DNA of 64,000 nucleotides, from positions 13,950,001 to 14,014,000 of the forward strand of contig OZ360246.1 in NCBI GenBank assembly GCA_977017645.1, written 5' to 3'. The stretch comes from Torpedo marmorata. Lineage: Eukaryota. The notes beneath the pieces were generated by a model that was not told the DNA's origin, made no database searches, and saw only the letters and a program-made list of their open reading frames with translations. The translations under genes and the position numbers were made by a program. Below, one piece after another: positions 26,601-38,367 of the stretch. Positions within the stretch are counted from its first letter, which is position 1, and each line of letters opens with the position of its first letter.

Positions 26601-28334
26601 AAGACATTATTTTACAAAGCTGATCCGTGAGTCATTGGCTTCCATTCTCACCTGTCCTGACTCCTCCCATCTCCCCCCCCCCCCCTCCCCGGGTTATTTC
26701 CAAGTAGGATAGTGTTTCTCTTTCGTGGTCCAAGAGATGTTTGTTGACGCTCAGAACTCTGTTGAACATGCAAAAGATTTGGCTGCCTGAGTCTCCCCCA
26801 GACACTGAAGCTTTGGCACTAGCTCTTCTTTGTAATGCCAACTCCAGCCGCAACTTGTATATTGTATTTATTTCTGATTGTTTTCAATGTCTGTGTTTTT
26901 GTATAGTGTGTATAATGTTTGTACTTTATGCATTTGTGTCTCAGTGATTGTTATGTGTGGTAGATGAAAATTGTCTTCAGCAGGAGCAGAAATTAAGCAA
27001 CAAAAAAAAATCAGCAACTTTTATTTCAAGCCTATCCATTTTTTTTATCTATCTGGAGGACAAAGTTAAGCAGACTCGTGACTGGTTTACGCTACCGCCT
27101 GAGCCCAGTTTTTGCCATATTTGTGGGTGTGGGAGCGAGAGAAGGCTTGTGGGCAGCAGACTGTGGTTTTGTGTTGTGTGTATTGTTCAATGTTCTTGTG
27201 TTGCTCAGACTATAGTTCAACACTTTCTATTTATTTCCCCCAACAAATGCTCAACACAAGTCCCAAGGGCAAAAATAAGCTCTGTTAACACTTACCAACT
27301 GATGTAATTGTTTTGACTTGAGTTACTTTTCTTTTCCTGACCGCTTTTTTGCCTCTAGACTCTAACCTTCAAACTGTGGCTCTGACCTTATAGCTTTGCA
27401 AGGGAACACTCTGCGACCGGCTAGAGGGTCGCAGGGTGTTCAGGGGGGTCAATAAATTTCAGTTCAACTCCTCTTAAATTTCTGTATCTGTTGAAGTCTT
27501 TTTGCATTACTGGTGTTGCAACAGACTAATAAAATAGAAACTTTTCTGTGATGGTAATAATTTTCATTCAAGTAGCGATTTTTAATAATTTGGGTTTGGT
27601 ATTCCAGAAGCATGTGGGCATTCACAACGAAACCTCCACAGTGGAATATTGGATGCATGTTCAGACCAAGGCTTTAAACACGTTGATGAATAGAAACATG
27701 CAAACTGTCTAGATATGTTTCTACCAGAGATTTTGTGCTCAGAATTTTTCCTTTTTTGATTGGTCTGTCAGTTAAACACCTGTACCTCAAGGGCTTGAAG
27801 TGTGGCATGTTCAATGCATAATAATGCATTTTTATATCTTCTCAAGGCAGCTACATAGTTTGCCACATTTAATTCTTTTATGGCTCTGTGTAAGTTGCAA
27901 CTGCCATTTTGGATTTTGGTGATTGTGACAACGGACTATTTGACTTAACAGACCCATAAATTAACTGCCTTTGTCAATGGTGGGAGATTGAAAGCCCCCG
28001 TGCTTTATAATGACAGCTAGAAGTCGAGTCTCTAGCAGAACTAGTTAACATTTTCTGGACGACAACTCAATTATTATTCTTAAACATTTGGATTAAACAC
28101 TTTCCCAAACTCTCCAATGTAAGCGAGGAGAATACTTTTATATGGATTACAGTGTCCTTTCAATCTTTCTGCATGTGAAGAATCCGTGTTGAAGTAAAAG
28201 AATCTTCTACTGGATTTGAACTCAATTGTGGTTAAATGACACAGAATGATATTCAGAGCTAAGATTTTCTTTTCAGTCTTGTAAACAGAAGTTATAGTTT
28301 TGGGCCCTCGGGAGTGACATAATACCAAAATCAA

Positions 28335-28584
28335 CTGCTTTACCCAGAGGGTGGTGAATCTGTGGAATTCACTGCCCATTGAAGCAGTGGAGGCAACCTC
28401 AGTAAATATATTTAAGACAAGGATGGATAGATTTCTACATAGTAGGGGAATTAAGGGATATGGGGAAAAGGCAGGTAGGTGGAGATGAGCCTATCATCAG
28501 ATCAGCTATAATCACATTGAATGGCGGAGTAGGCTTGACGGGACGGATGGCCTACTCCTGCTCCTATTTCTTATGTTCTTATGT
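28335..28584 (+). mobile_element. CR1 LINE 3' end
   Basis: Near-identical to 18628-18882. Ends about 95 bp upstream of the exon acceptor at 28678. Confidence 0.85.
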
Positions 28585-28677
28585 TGTTATTCAGTAGATT
28601 AAGTCGATTTACTGTGCAATTTGATGCATCCTTTGTATATTCACCATCTTAAATCGATTTTTATATCTTGTTTCTAG

Positions 28678-28780
28678 ATTTACTATAAAGTAATTAAAGA
28701 GGTTAAAGCCGGTGATGAACTTCTTGTTTTTATGAAGGACGGTGTTTATCCTGATGGGACAATGCCACCAAACCTTGATG
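28678..28780 (+). CDS. PRDM16: PRDM16 coding exon, end of PR/SET domain (equivalent to human exon 5)
   Basis: Acceptor tttctag|ATT, donor GATG|gtaag. 103 nt, translating IYYKVIKEVKAGDELLVFMKDGVYPDGTMPPNLD, which matches the recalled PRDM16 IYYKVIKDIEPGEELLVHVKEGVYP. Not in the ORF track; read manually. Confidence 0.93.
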
Positions 28781-29429
28781 GTAAGACTGGTTAAAATTTT
28801 CATATATATCTCACTAAATATAAATGTCTGATTACAGTGAAGCAATGTCTTCAACTAATTGTGATGAGATGGTGCAGTGACTCTCCAACCGATTGTAAAT
28901 CTCTATGGCCAGAACTAAACTGAAGTCAACCCTGTGGTTTCTCAGTCCCAGGGTCCCCAAATGGTGGTCTGGCCATCATCTAAGAAAATGCTGAGAAGTT
29001 TTCCTCTTCCTCAGAGAGAAGGCGGGGGAGGCTTCTGTTGGTAGGGTTTCACCATTCATTTCCAGGCACCTGATTGGGTGTATTGCCTACAAATCCAATG
29101 CTAACTGGTGAAGTTCTTTCAAATTTTGAAATGGAAACTCAGCTATGGTCAACTCATTGCATGGTAGTTCGCTCCATGTTGTTTTTAACTCTTTGTTTGT
29201 TCCTTTGAGTTTTCTCCGCTCCAACCTATAACTTTAACCCAATGATATAAATTCAGCACACGTCAGGGTGATGAAAGACTTTCTATGCCACAAGATGAGC
29301 CAAGCTTCCTTCAGCCAGTGAAAGAAGATATTATTGCACAGGGAGATGTGATAATTCACTTCCTTACTGTTTTGGGTTTGGTGCCAAATTTCCTGAAAAC
29401 TGTACCTATCTTTGTGTAGCTGAGCCTGA

Positions 29430-29653
29430 GGGCAGCATGGTTAGCGTAGCGGTTAGTGCAACGCTGTTACAGCACCAGTGACCGGGGTTCAAATCCGGCA
29501 CTATCTGTAAGGAGTTTGTACATTCTCCCCGTGTCTGTATAGGTTTCTTCCGAGCACTTCAGTTTCCTCCCACCATTCAAAACATACAAGGGTTGAGAAC
29601 TGAAAGGGCCTGTTACCGTGCTGTATGTCTAAATTTAAATTTAAAATTTAAAT
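29430..29653 (+). mobile_element. HE1/V-SINE with internal deletion
   Basis: GGTTAGCGTAGCGG...GGTTCAAATCC head, V-domain and (AAATTT)n tail. Confidence 0.85.
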
Positions 29654-30658
29654 CGATCAAGTTTCAGGATGCAGTTTTCAATGAGAGGAATTTATCCCCA
29701 CAGTTTTCACAGGTAAATGCATTTCCAGTTGTATCACTGTGTACAAAGCTGGAAGAACCTTTTGTACCTCTTCCCTCCTTGTGGATCTAACTGATCTCAA
29801 AGGGGGGAGGCAAAGTTGTGGACTGGGGAAAAGGAAGAGTAGGGGATCAAAGAGAGGTTTCTGCATGACTGCAATCTAATGTGCACACTCTGAAAGGTGC
29901 ATAATATGGGGAGCAGTCTTGAACTTGGCCTTGACCTTGGCCCTTCCACACATCATCAGAGCTCATGAATGCAATAAGACTTTGGCAGTCAGTTCCTTTA
30001 TCTCAGGATGGGAAGAAAACCAATAAAGTCTCTGGCAGTATAAGGGAACATAGTAGACAAGGAAGAGAAGAAGCCTGTGTACAGTCAGCAAGTGAAGTCT
30101 GAATAACCAGCATCGCGTCCTGTCTCTGGAGAGCTGGCTTCATAGATTAATGTACAAAGAACACATAACTCTTCTCTCTTGGACTCCTTTTATTTTAAAC
30201 CATTAGGAACTGATTTATTTTTAACTCACATTCCCCTTTTGTCCCAAGTGTTGTTAAGAAGAGTGAACATGCTTAGAGGGTTTAGTGGGGGAAGTCATGA
30301 GGAGAGGGCTGCAGTGGTAAGACTATTGTTGAAGCAAAAAATGTAGGAGCAGTGCTGGGGCAGACAATGACCCCTTCACACCAGTTGTTATTCTGAAAAA
30401 ATTACAGCATCCAGAGAATTGTTTGACTTGGCACGGGGATCAGGATGCTTCCTCGTAAACTCAATAATAGCTGCCCCCTTTCTTTAATTTGTTTGAACTT
30501 GGGCAGCAATAATTTATGATTGTACAGTACAGGTCCACATTACAATCGGCCCGAACAGTTTTCTGCATGGTTTTAACTGGCTCTCAGCTGAAATCTTGGC
30601 TCATTTTTTAAATCTTTCCTCCCGACTGCTTGATTCCTTTGGCTGGTGGACCTCGCAG

Positions 30659-30857
30659 AGGAGCAGAGGTACCGCTGTGGAGACTGTGACGAGCTGTTCC
30701 GCTCGAAGGTGGCACTGCGGCGTCACCAGGCATACGCTTGCAACAACGTCAATGCCATCTTCACCACCATTAACGAAGAGTTCAAGCAGAGCCAGTTGGA
30801 TGACGGGCAGCTCCACGAGTGCAAGGACTGCGACCGCATATTCCCCAATGAATACAG
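30659..30857 (+). CDS. PRDM16: PRDM16 coding exon with atypical C2HC finger and start of the next finger (exon 6 equivalent)
   Basis: Acceptor cgcag|AG, donor TACAG|gtatgt. 199 nt, EEQRYRCGDCDELFRSKVALRRHQAYAC...HECKDCDRIFPNEY. Phase is compatible with both neighbouring exons. Confidence 0.95.
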
Positions 30858-32691
30858 GTATGTGCATGACTGAGCAGAGACCAGGATGGAGACAGAGCCG
30901 GAGAAGGTGGTTAACCCTTTTGTTGCCAGTGCAACCAATGCTGTCACTTGATGCAACTGTATCCGTGTCAAAGACAAAGATTGCTCCAACTGTAGAGCCG
31001 CTCTAACAGGTGGACATTTTGGACAAAACTTGTCCTTTGAATCAGATTGGCCAGTTTTGAACCAACTTCATAAGTTGTTCCCATTTCCTATTTTTATTTG
31101 CATAAATTGTGATATTTTGGGTTTGTCAGAGGGACCATAAAGAAGAACGATAAACTGCTGCCAGTAATTAGAGCATTTACAAAAGAATTTGCACAAGGTG
31201 CGAACATGGCCCTCAGTAACAGTATCACAGCTTTGATAATGCTGAGCTGCTCATTAATAACCTGACCATGTAGAAATACCATACTACCTGCCCACTGGGG
31301 CATTGACGTTTCCTGAATAATTCCAGGATTCTTGCTTCCAATTGCTTGGAAGTCTATTTCTTGCGAAGAAGATATCACTTAGAATTTGAACCCACGATCT
31401 TTGACGCCCTCTATTCTTTAACTTAAAGTATTCATAGATATCTTTTTACTGCCTCATTAGTCCAATACTTGTCAGAAAGAATAGATGAGAAGGTGTGTGG
31501 CATTTTAATTTATTACAGGGTAGAGTCTGTGATCAACTCTGAGTATGTATGTCCCTTCAAAGCTTTTGTACGCAATTCCACACAGTGCTATTTTAGTACA
31601 GATGTGAACATTGAGTTGCAAATCCAACAGAGCGAAAAGCAATTTTTATCGTGAAAAACACCAGTGTTTAGAATGTTTGAGGTGAATTAAGTCCTTATCA
31701 CTTGATGCAATTTAAATGCAAACTACTCATTCATTAGTCCAGTTATGTTCTGTTAAACATGCATTAATTATGGTTTATCCATGCCTTTGGGATTAATTTG
31801 AAAAGGTTCAGTCCCTCCCTGCTGAAACTTCCAGTAATTTACTAAGATGAAGTTTGTTTTCCATTCTCTTTCAAGTGGATTTGGGGGGAGGGGGTTTGGG
31901 AGGGAAGTCATTTGTAAATGGTAGTGTTTATAGAAGCTACAATGTACTTACAGTCATTTCCTGAAAGTCTGTGCAGCTATAATAGTTTAATAATGAGAAT
32001 ATATTATTGAAGTGAATGATACTGTCGTTCGTAAATGCAGCCTGCAGCTCACTTCCAAATGGATTGTTCTCAGACTGAAATTCCCAGTCTGTTAGCTGCA
32101 GCTTGTAGTGCTGGGTCTGTAAAATCCCTCCTTATTTGGTAAATATTTAACTTAAACTTGCTTTTTTTTTGCTGTAGATGTTCTGAATTTTTTTCCTCTT
32201 CATGATGTTCTCTGGCAAGATACATCTTTCTGTTTCTTCCAATTTTTTTCTCCCCAACTCCTATGTTAATTCCTTTCCCACCACACCAACCCCACCACCA
32301 AATGATTGAGTGTCACTATAATATGAACCTAACATGGCATCACAACCCTCTGGTACCTTCCTGTCAACCCCGAAGGACATTAATGCTGATCCCGGTCCTG
32401 CAACTAGCACAGACTTCCCAGTTGACACTGGAGAATTTGCAGCCCATGGCCAGCAAGGCTACTTGCAATACCTCAACTTCATATCAATGGAGATCTACAA
32501 ACTCAGTGATTGAACCAGGGATCCTCTAGTCCCCATAAAACAGAGTCATGCAGATACCTGCTGGGATAGCGGGAGAGTTGAAGTGCCCTTGCTTTTTGTT
32601 AAGATAAATAAAGGAAATGTCCTACTGTCCAAATGTTGAGACTTTCCACAAAGTTCATGGTTCTATGTCTCATTTCTTCCTATCTGTGCAG

Positions 32692-32839
32692 CCTAGAGCA
32701 ACACATGATAATTCACAGTGAGGAACGTGAATATAAGTGTGACCAATGTCCGAAAGCCTTCAATTGGAAGTCCAATCTGATTCGCCATCAAATGTCACAT
32801 GACAGCGGAAAACGCTTTGAGTGTGAAAATTGTGATAAG
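32692..32839 (+). CDS. PRDM16: PRDM16 coding exon, C2H2 zinc fingers (exon 7 equivalent)
   Basis: Acceptor tgtgcag|C, donor AAG|gtaagg. 148 nt, [56 protein letters not shown] and SGKRFEC are PRDM16-type rather than MECOM-type. Confidence 0.96.
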
Positions 32840-34067
32840 GTAAGGTTGAAGGTAAGAAGATCCAAAACTTTCATTGTTTCATTGCTTATATTGTTAAGAG
32901 TTCTTGCATGGAGGCTTTGAGTTTAAGTGATAGAATGGAACTAGAAGTTCTACTTAATGGAATTAATGGGGTACTGGTCAACTGGAATTCTGATTGTTAT
33001 TGTTTGTAAAAGCATTGAAGTCAAAACTGATGGGATTATTTTATATCTACTGAGGTGCATTTACCTTGCATTAAGGGGCATTTTATATCTACTGTGACCT
33101 TGTGATCAACTAGACTTCAATTGTACCACATAGCTCAAATCTTGTGCCTTGTAGTTTGAATTGTTTTGGAAAAATGTGCAATTACGTTCTGATAAAATCA
33201 ATTGACACACAATTGGAATTTTAATAGAAAACATTGTACTGTTCCAAAGAGCCGAGATGTCAACTAATTTATTCTGAGTATCTGGAATGAAATTTACTGG
33301 CACATTACAGTTGAGGCCCATATTGGCACTGACGATGATTAGAAGTAAAAAGACAGTGTTTTCGTGGTTGTGCCCATATCTGAATTAACTATGGCATTGG
33401 GACATTTGTTTGCAACAGGACTTATAGATTGCTGTGTTAAATTACAATGGTAATCATTTAAACATTGCAACACTCTCTGAAACTCTCATACATCAAATCA
33501 CTGATATGAAAACTGACAATCTCTTCCAAAATTCAAATACAGTTAAATAATTCCTTGGTACATCACGTAGGCTTTGGGACAGTGGAACTGGGACATTGCC
33601 AAAGTGGATGTGAATGGAAAGCATAAAGAAGTAAACAAAAGAATGAAAGCCAGTTTTGGAATTTAAAAAAATACAAAGCACTTTCATTCTGCTGTTTGAG
33701 TTTCTACTATCTCATACAGAAGTTAGTTTTATCAGGTGGTGTAAAGAGCAAAGCTTTAGATAGTGGCGTCTTTCTGTTGAATTAAAGGGAGGGAGTTCTT
33801 TGTTATCTCAGGTGGGACTGCCTACAGTCACTCGTTCAGGTGTCATTTGATTTTGTATCACTGAGTAATGTGCAATAGCAGTTCCTTCACACACAAAGAA
33901 AAGGACTTGGATTTTTATGTCACCTTCCACAACCTTTGGGTTTTGTAGTAAAATAAGTACTTTGAAGTGTAAGAACACAAAAGTCGCTACACTTGTGACT
34001 CTGATCACAGGAGTTTCAATAATAGCAGAGCTTTGAAAATTTGAAGGTAAGGTAGAATTGTTAGGTA

Positions 34068-34285
34068 CAGTAAAACCCCTGTTATCTGGAATTCAAGCAA
34101 CCGGCAGCCTCGAGCAACTGGCAAAAATATTGCGGAAAATAAATAGGTAAAAAAATATGGAAGTTGAAAATTGGCGTGTCTCGCCATTAGTTTGCCAATC
34201 ACGCAACACGCAATCTCAAGCAACCATAAAATCCACTTATCCAGTATCTACCAATCTAAGGTGCTGGATACCAGGGGTTATACTG
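34068..34285. mobile_element. Tigger/pogo-type MITE
   Basis: TA|CAGTAAAACCCCTGTTATC ... GATACCAGGGGTTATACTG|TA, giving TIRs and a TA duplication. Confidence 0.85.
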
Positions 34286-34995
34286 TATTTTTTTTAAAAC
34301 CCAGGTCAACAAGTATTTCTTAACCACAGTTTCCATTTTCTTTACTCTTATGATTTGTTGTTGGGCAAAACTCATGATATGCTAATACTTTCCCAGGTTA
34401 ACGGCACAATAAACGCAACAGTTTGGACATGTATAATGAAGAGAGGGAAATGTTTCAAAGCCATAGGCCTGTTGGATCCAGAATGTTTTATTTATGAATG
34501 CACATAAATTATTTGCCTGCCCATTAAATAAAAGGTCATACAAAACTTTTCAGGGTGCCCTGTCCTATCCATTTGATTTGCCATCTGTCTTGTAGATTTT
34601 AGTCAATCTTCTTCTCTCAACATTTTGTATCATAAATAGTTATGTCAATATTCATAGTGATTGCAGGTTCTGGCCACCAGGTGACTGTGTGAAAAAAGCT
34701 TTTGAAGTTTCTCTCTCAACTCATATTCATCAATTGACCAAAAACAAAGTTACATACATTTTGTAAAATGTTTCATTTATATTTATTTGTAGCCATGTGG
34801 TACTCATGGGTTTCTTATCCTGAAGAGGTTTCAAGGGATATGGGCCAAATGCAGGCAAATCAGACTTGGTTAGATTAACAACTTGGTCGGCATTGATAAT
34901 AGGGCCAAAGGCCCTGTTTCTGTGCTGTATTCTCTGTGACTCTATGACTTTGAGAGAGTGTTATGCTGGATTTGGAACATTACTTAGTTCCATTC

Positions 34996-35742
34996 TTTTT
35001 TTTAATTTTTTTATTTTATTTAAAAATTTTAAATCACACAATACATAGTATAAAATGCAAAATTATCAAAATACATGTGATACATTTTCACCCCCCCTTC
35101 CTCCCTCCCTCCCCTCCATAACCCTCCCACCCCTACTAATATACTAAAATAGAAAAGAAAGAAAGAAAGAAAAAGATAAAGTAAGGAGAATGTCAATCTA
35201 AAAAAGAACAACTATAAGCTGATTTTATTGTGGAAGATAGGTTCGCCAGTCAGATCTGATATCCAGAGATCTTCAAATCCTTAAACCAACAGTTTTTATA
35301 TATGGGCTCCATATTTTCAAAAAGAAATGATATTTATTACGTAGATTATAAGTAATTTTTTCAAGTGGTATAGCTGAACGAAGTTCTGCATGCCATCTTT
35401 CTAACCCTAAATCTACATCAGATTTCCAAGTAATAGCAATGCATTTCTTTGACTAGGTCAACCAGACAAGGATGCCCTTTGTCGCCAGCATTGTTTATTT
35501 TAGCATTAGAACCTTTAGCAGAATTAATTAGATAAGATATTAAGATTGCAGGTATTAAAGTTGGAAAAGAAGAGCATAAAATTAGTCTCTTTGCAGATGA
35601 TGTATTGATTTATATGACAAAACCTATTACTTCTTTAATACAATTGACTGTTTTATTGAGAGAATACGGGGAAATATCTGGTTATAAGATTAATTCTGAT
35701 AAAAGTGAAATTATGGCATTGACACAAGGGGACCATAATAAA
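34996..35742 (-). mobile_element. 5'-inverted (twin-primed) copy of the AT-rich L1
   Basis: 34996-35450 is the reverse complement of ~3850-4300. 35451-35742 is a forward copy of the RT segment starting at 2244. Confidence 0.88.
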
Positions 35743-36121
35743 CTCTGCTGACTGTTACAAAAATCAGATTGTCTCATTCAGCAATTAGCATAGCACTTTC
35801 TGCAGGTCTGTTAACCTCTCAATTTTATAATTATTATCCTTGTTTCAAATTCTTCTATGGCTGTGTGTCACACTTTCTCTCTAACTTCTTCCAGTTCTTC
35901 AAGGCTTTGAGATTTCTGGCTTCTTCCAATTCCGGCCTCTCATATATCCCTTGCTTTAATCACTCTTCCACTGGCAGTCATGATTTCAGCTGTCTTGGCA
36001 TTAAGCTTTGGAATTTCCTCCCTAAATCCCTCCACTTCTCTACCTCTCTTTTCTCTTAAAAGACATTTGTTGAAACATTTGGACATCTGCAGTGACGTTA
36101 AAAATGGTCAGCACCTTGGAA

Positions 36122-36368
36122 TATTTTTAAATTTAGACATACATCACGGTAACATGCCCTTCCGGCCCATGAGCCCGTATCCCAAAATACGTCAATTGAC
36201 CTACAACCCCCTACAACTCCCGTACATTTTGAATAGTGGGAGGAAACCGGAGCACCCGGAGAAAACCAACGCAGTCATGGGGAGAACGTAGAAACTCCTC
36301 ACAGACAGCGCCAGATTCAAACCCGAGTCGCTGGCTCTGTAATAGCGTCACGCTAACCGTGCCGCCCT
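36122..36368 (-). mobile_element. HE1/V-SINE
   Basis: Same sequence family as 20763-21008. Confidence 0.85.
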
Positions 36369-36458
36369 AAGTGCATTACATAATTGTAAGATGTTATTAT
36401 GATGAGACACAGTATAAATCCTGTGCAGAAGTGAGAGTTTGGGGACTTTCATCTCCCT

Positions 36459-36702
36459 GGACACAGCACCAATAGCCAGAATACGACTGGGATTGTCTGA
36501 TCTCGGAAGCTAAGCAGGCACAGGACTGGTCAGTACTTGGAGGGGAGACTGCCTAGGAACACCAGGTGCTGTAGGTTTCTGTGAGGGGCGCTGGACAAAG
36601 TAGCGACCCTTTGTCTGCCTTACAGTAGACAAAAATTAAAGAATTTCATGTATGTTACATTCTAAAAAAATGTAGTATTACGTGACAATAATGGAACCTT
36701 TA
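36459..36702 (+). mobile_element. 5S rRNA-derived SINE (SINE3 type), apparently full length
   Basis: GTCTGATCTCGGAAGCTAAGCAGG...AGTACTTGGAGGGGAGAC...GGTGCTGTAGG (5S box A, IE and box C) followed by a ~120-bp tail also present at 11188 and 16132. Confidence 0.88.
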
Positions 36703-36861
36703 GGGTGCGATATCAAGATTTATTGTTTGAATTTCAGACTGAGCTTGCAATGGATGTCATTAATTAAAGCCAAATGTGATAATTAAGAGTGATTCCAGTC
36801 TAATCACAGGGATAATGAAGCACCATTCATTAATCAATGAAGTCTCAATAATGGTCATCTC

Positions 36862-38367
36862 TCAGAATCAGAATCAGAATTTATTGTCATGAACAAGTCA
36901 TGAAATTCGATGTTTTGCGGCAGCATCATAGTGCAATTACATTCATATTAACCATCTAACGACATTACTATAAAAAAATTATAAACAATAGTGCACGAAA
37001 AGTAAGGCAGTGTCTTTGGTTCATTGATTATTCAGGAATCTGATGGCAGTGGGGAAGAAGCTGTCCTTGTGCCGTTGAGTGCTCGTCTTTAGGCTCCTGT
37101 ACCTTTTTCCCGATGGAAGCAGAGTGAAGAGGGCATGGCCTGGGTGGTGGGGGTCCTTGAGGATAGAGGCTGCTTTTTTAAGACACCGTCTCATGTAGAT
37201 GTCCTCGATGGAGTGAAGTTTGGTGCCTGTGATGTCACAGGCCGAGTTAACAACCTTCTGGAGTTTACTCTTGTCCTGGGAGTTGGCGCCTCCATACCAG
37301 GCAGTGATGCAACCAGCCAGAATGCTCTCCTCGGTACACCTGTAGAAGTTTACGAGAGTCTTTGGTGACATACTGAATCTCCGAAAACACCTGACAAAGT
37401 ATAGCCGCTGATGAGCCTTCTTTGTGATTGCATCCACGTGGATGCTCCAGGACAGATCCTCGAAGATGTTGATACCCAGGAATTTGAAGTTCTTGACCCT
37501 CTCCACGACTGAACCTTCGATGAGGACTGGGTTGTGTTCCCCTGACTTCCTTCTGAAGTCCACAATCATCTCCTTGGTTTTGCTGACGTTGAGCTCAAGG
37601 TTGTTGCCATTACACCATTCAATGAGCTGATCTATCTCCCTCCTGTACGCTTCCTCATTGCCGTTTGTTATTCTGCCGACAACTGTGGTGTCATCGGCAA
37701 ATTGTAAATGGCATTGGAATTGTGCCTGGCCACATAGTCATGAGTGTATAATGAGTAGAGCAGTGGACTAAGCACGCATCCTTGGGGTGCGCCTGTGTTG
37801 ATAATCAGTGAGGACGAGACTTTGTTTCCAATTCGTACTGACTGTGGTCTCCCGATGAGAAAGTCAAGGATCCAGTTGCAGAGTGGGGTACAGAGGCCTA
37901 GAGTTTGTAGCTTCTTGACCAGCACTGAGGGAATAATGGTATTGAAGGCCGAGCTGTAGTCGATGAAGAGCAACCGTATGTATGAATTGCTGTTTTCGAG
38001 GTTGTCCAGAGCTGAGTGGAGAGCCAGCGATATTGCATCTGCTGTGGAGCGATTGTGGCGATAGGCGAATTGCAGTGGGTCCAGATCTTTGCTTAGGTAT
38101 GTGTTAATTCTGGCCATGACCAGCCTCTCAAAGCATTTCATCACAGTAGAAGTTAGTGCTACTGGGCGGTAGTCATTGAGGCAGCTCACACTACTCTTCT
38201 TGGGTACCGGTATGATTGATGCCCTTTTGAAGCAGGTGGGAACCTCTGACTGCCGCAATGAGAGGTTGAAAATGTCCGTGAACACTCCGGCTAGTTGGTT
38301 GGTGCAGATTTTCAATACCCTGCCAAGTACGCCGTCAGGGCCTGACGCTTTGCGAGGGTTCACCCTC
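36862..38367 (-). mobile_element. Rex1/Babar LINE, 5'-truncated, one frameshift near 37700
   Basis: RT ORF pieces at 37668-38363 and 37021-37569; (TTCTGA)3 tail. Confidence 0.92.

Noticed and set aside
27404-27441. 15-bp stem with 8-nt loop (GAACACTCTGCGACC / GGTCGCAGGGTGTTC)
   Set aside because: Too short for a pre-miRNA call. Probably a decayed MITE remnant, and nothing else supports a function.
1-28677. Upstream PR-domain exon (WLKYIR-type), and the next exon (MSAIE-type) after 56916
   Set aside because: Searched by eye and not found. They probably lie outside the window, although a diverged exon could have been missed.
36459-36578. Functional 5S rRNA gene
   Set aside because: The 5' third is diverged, there is no T4 terminator, and it is fused to a tail found in other truncated copies, so it is a SINE head.
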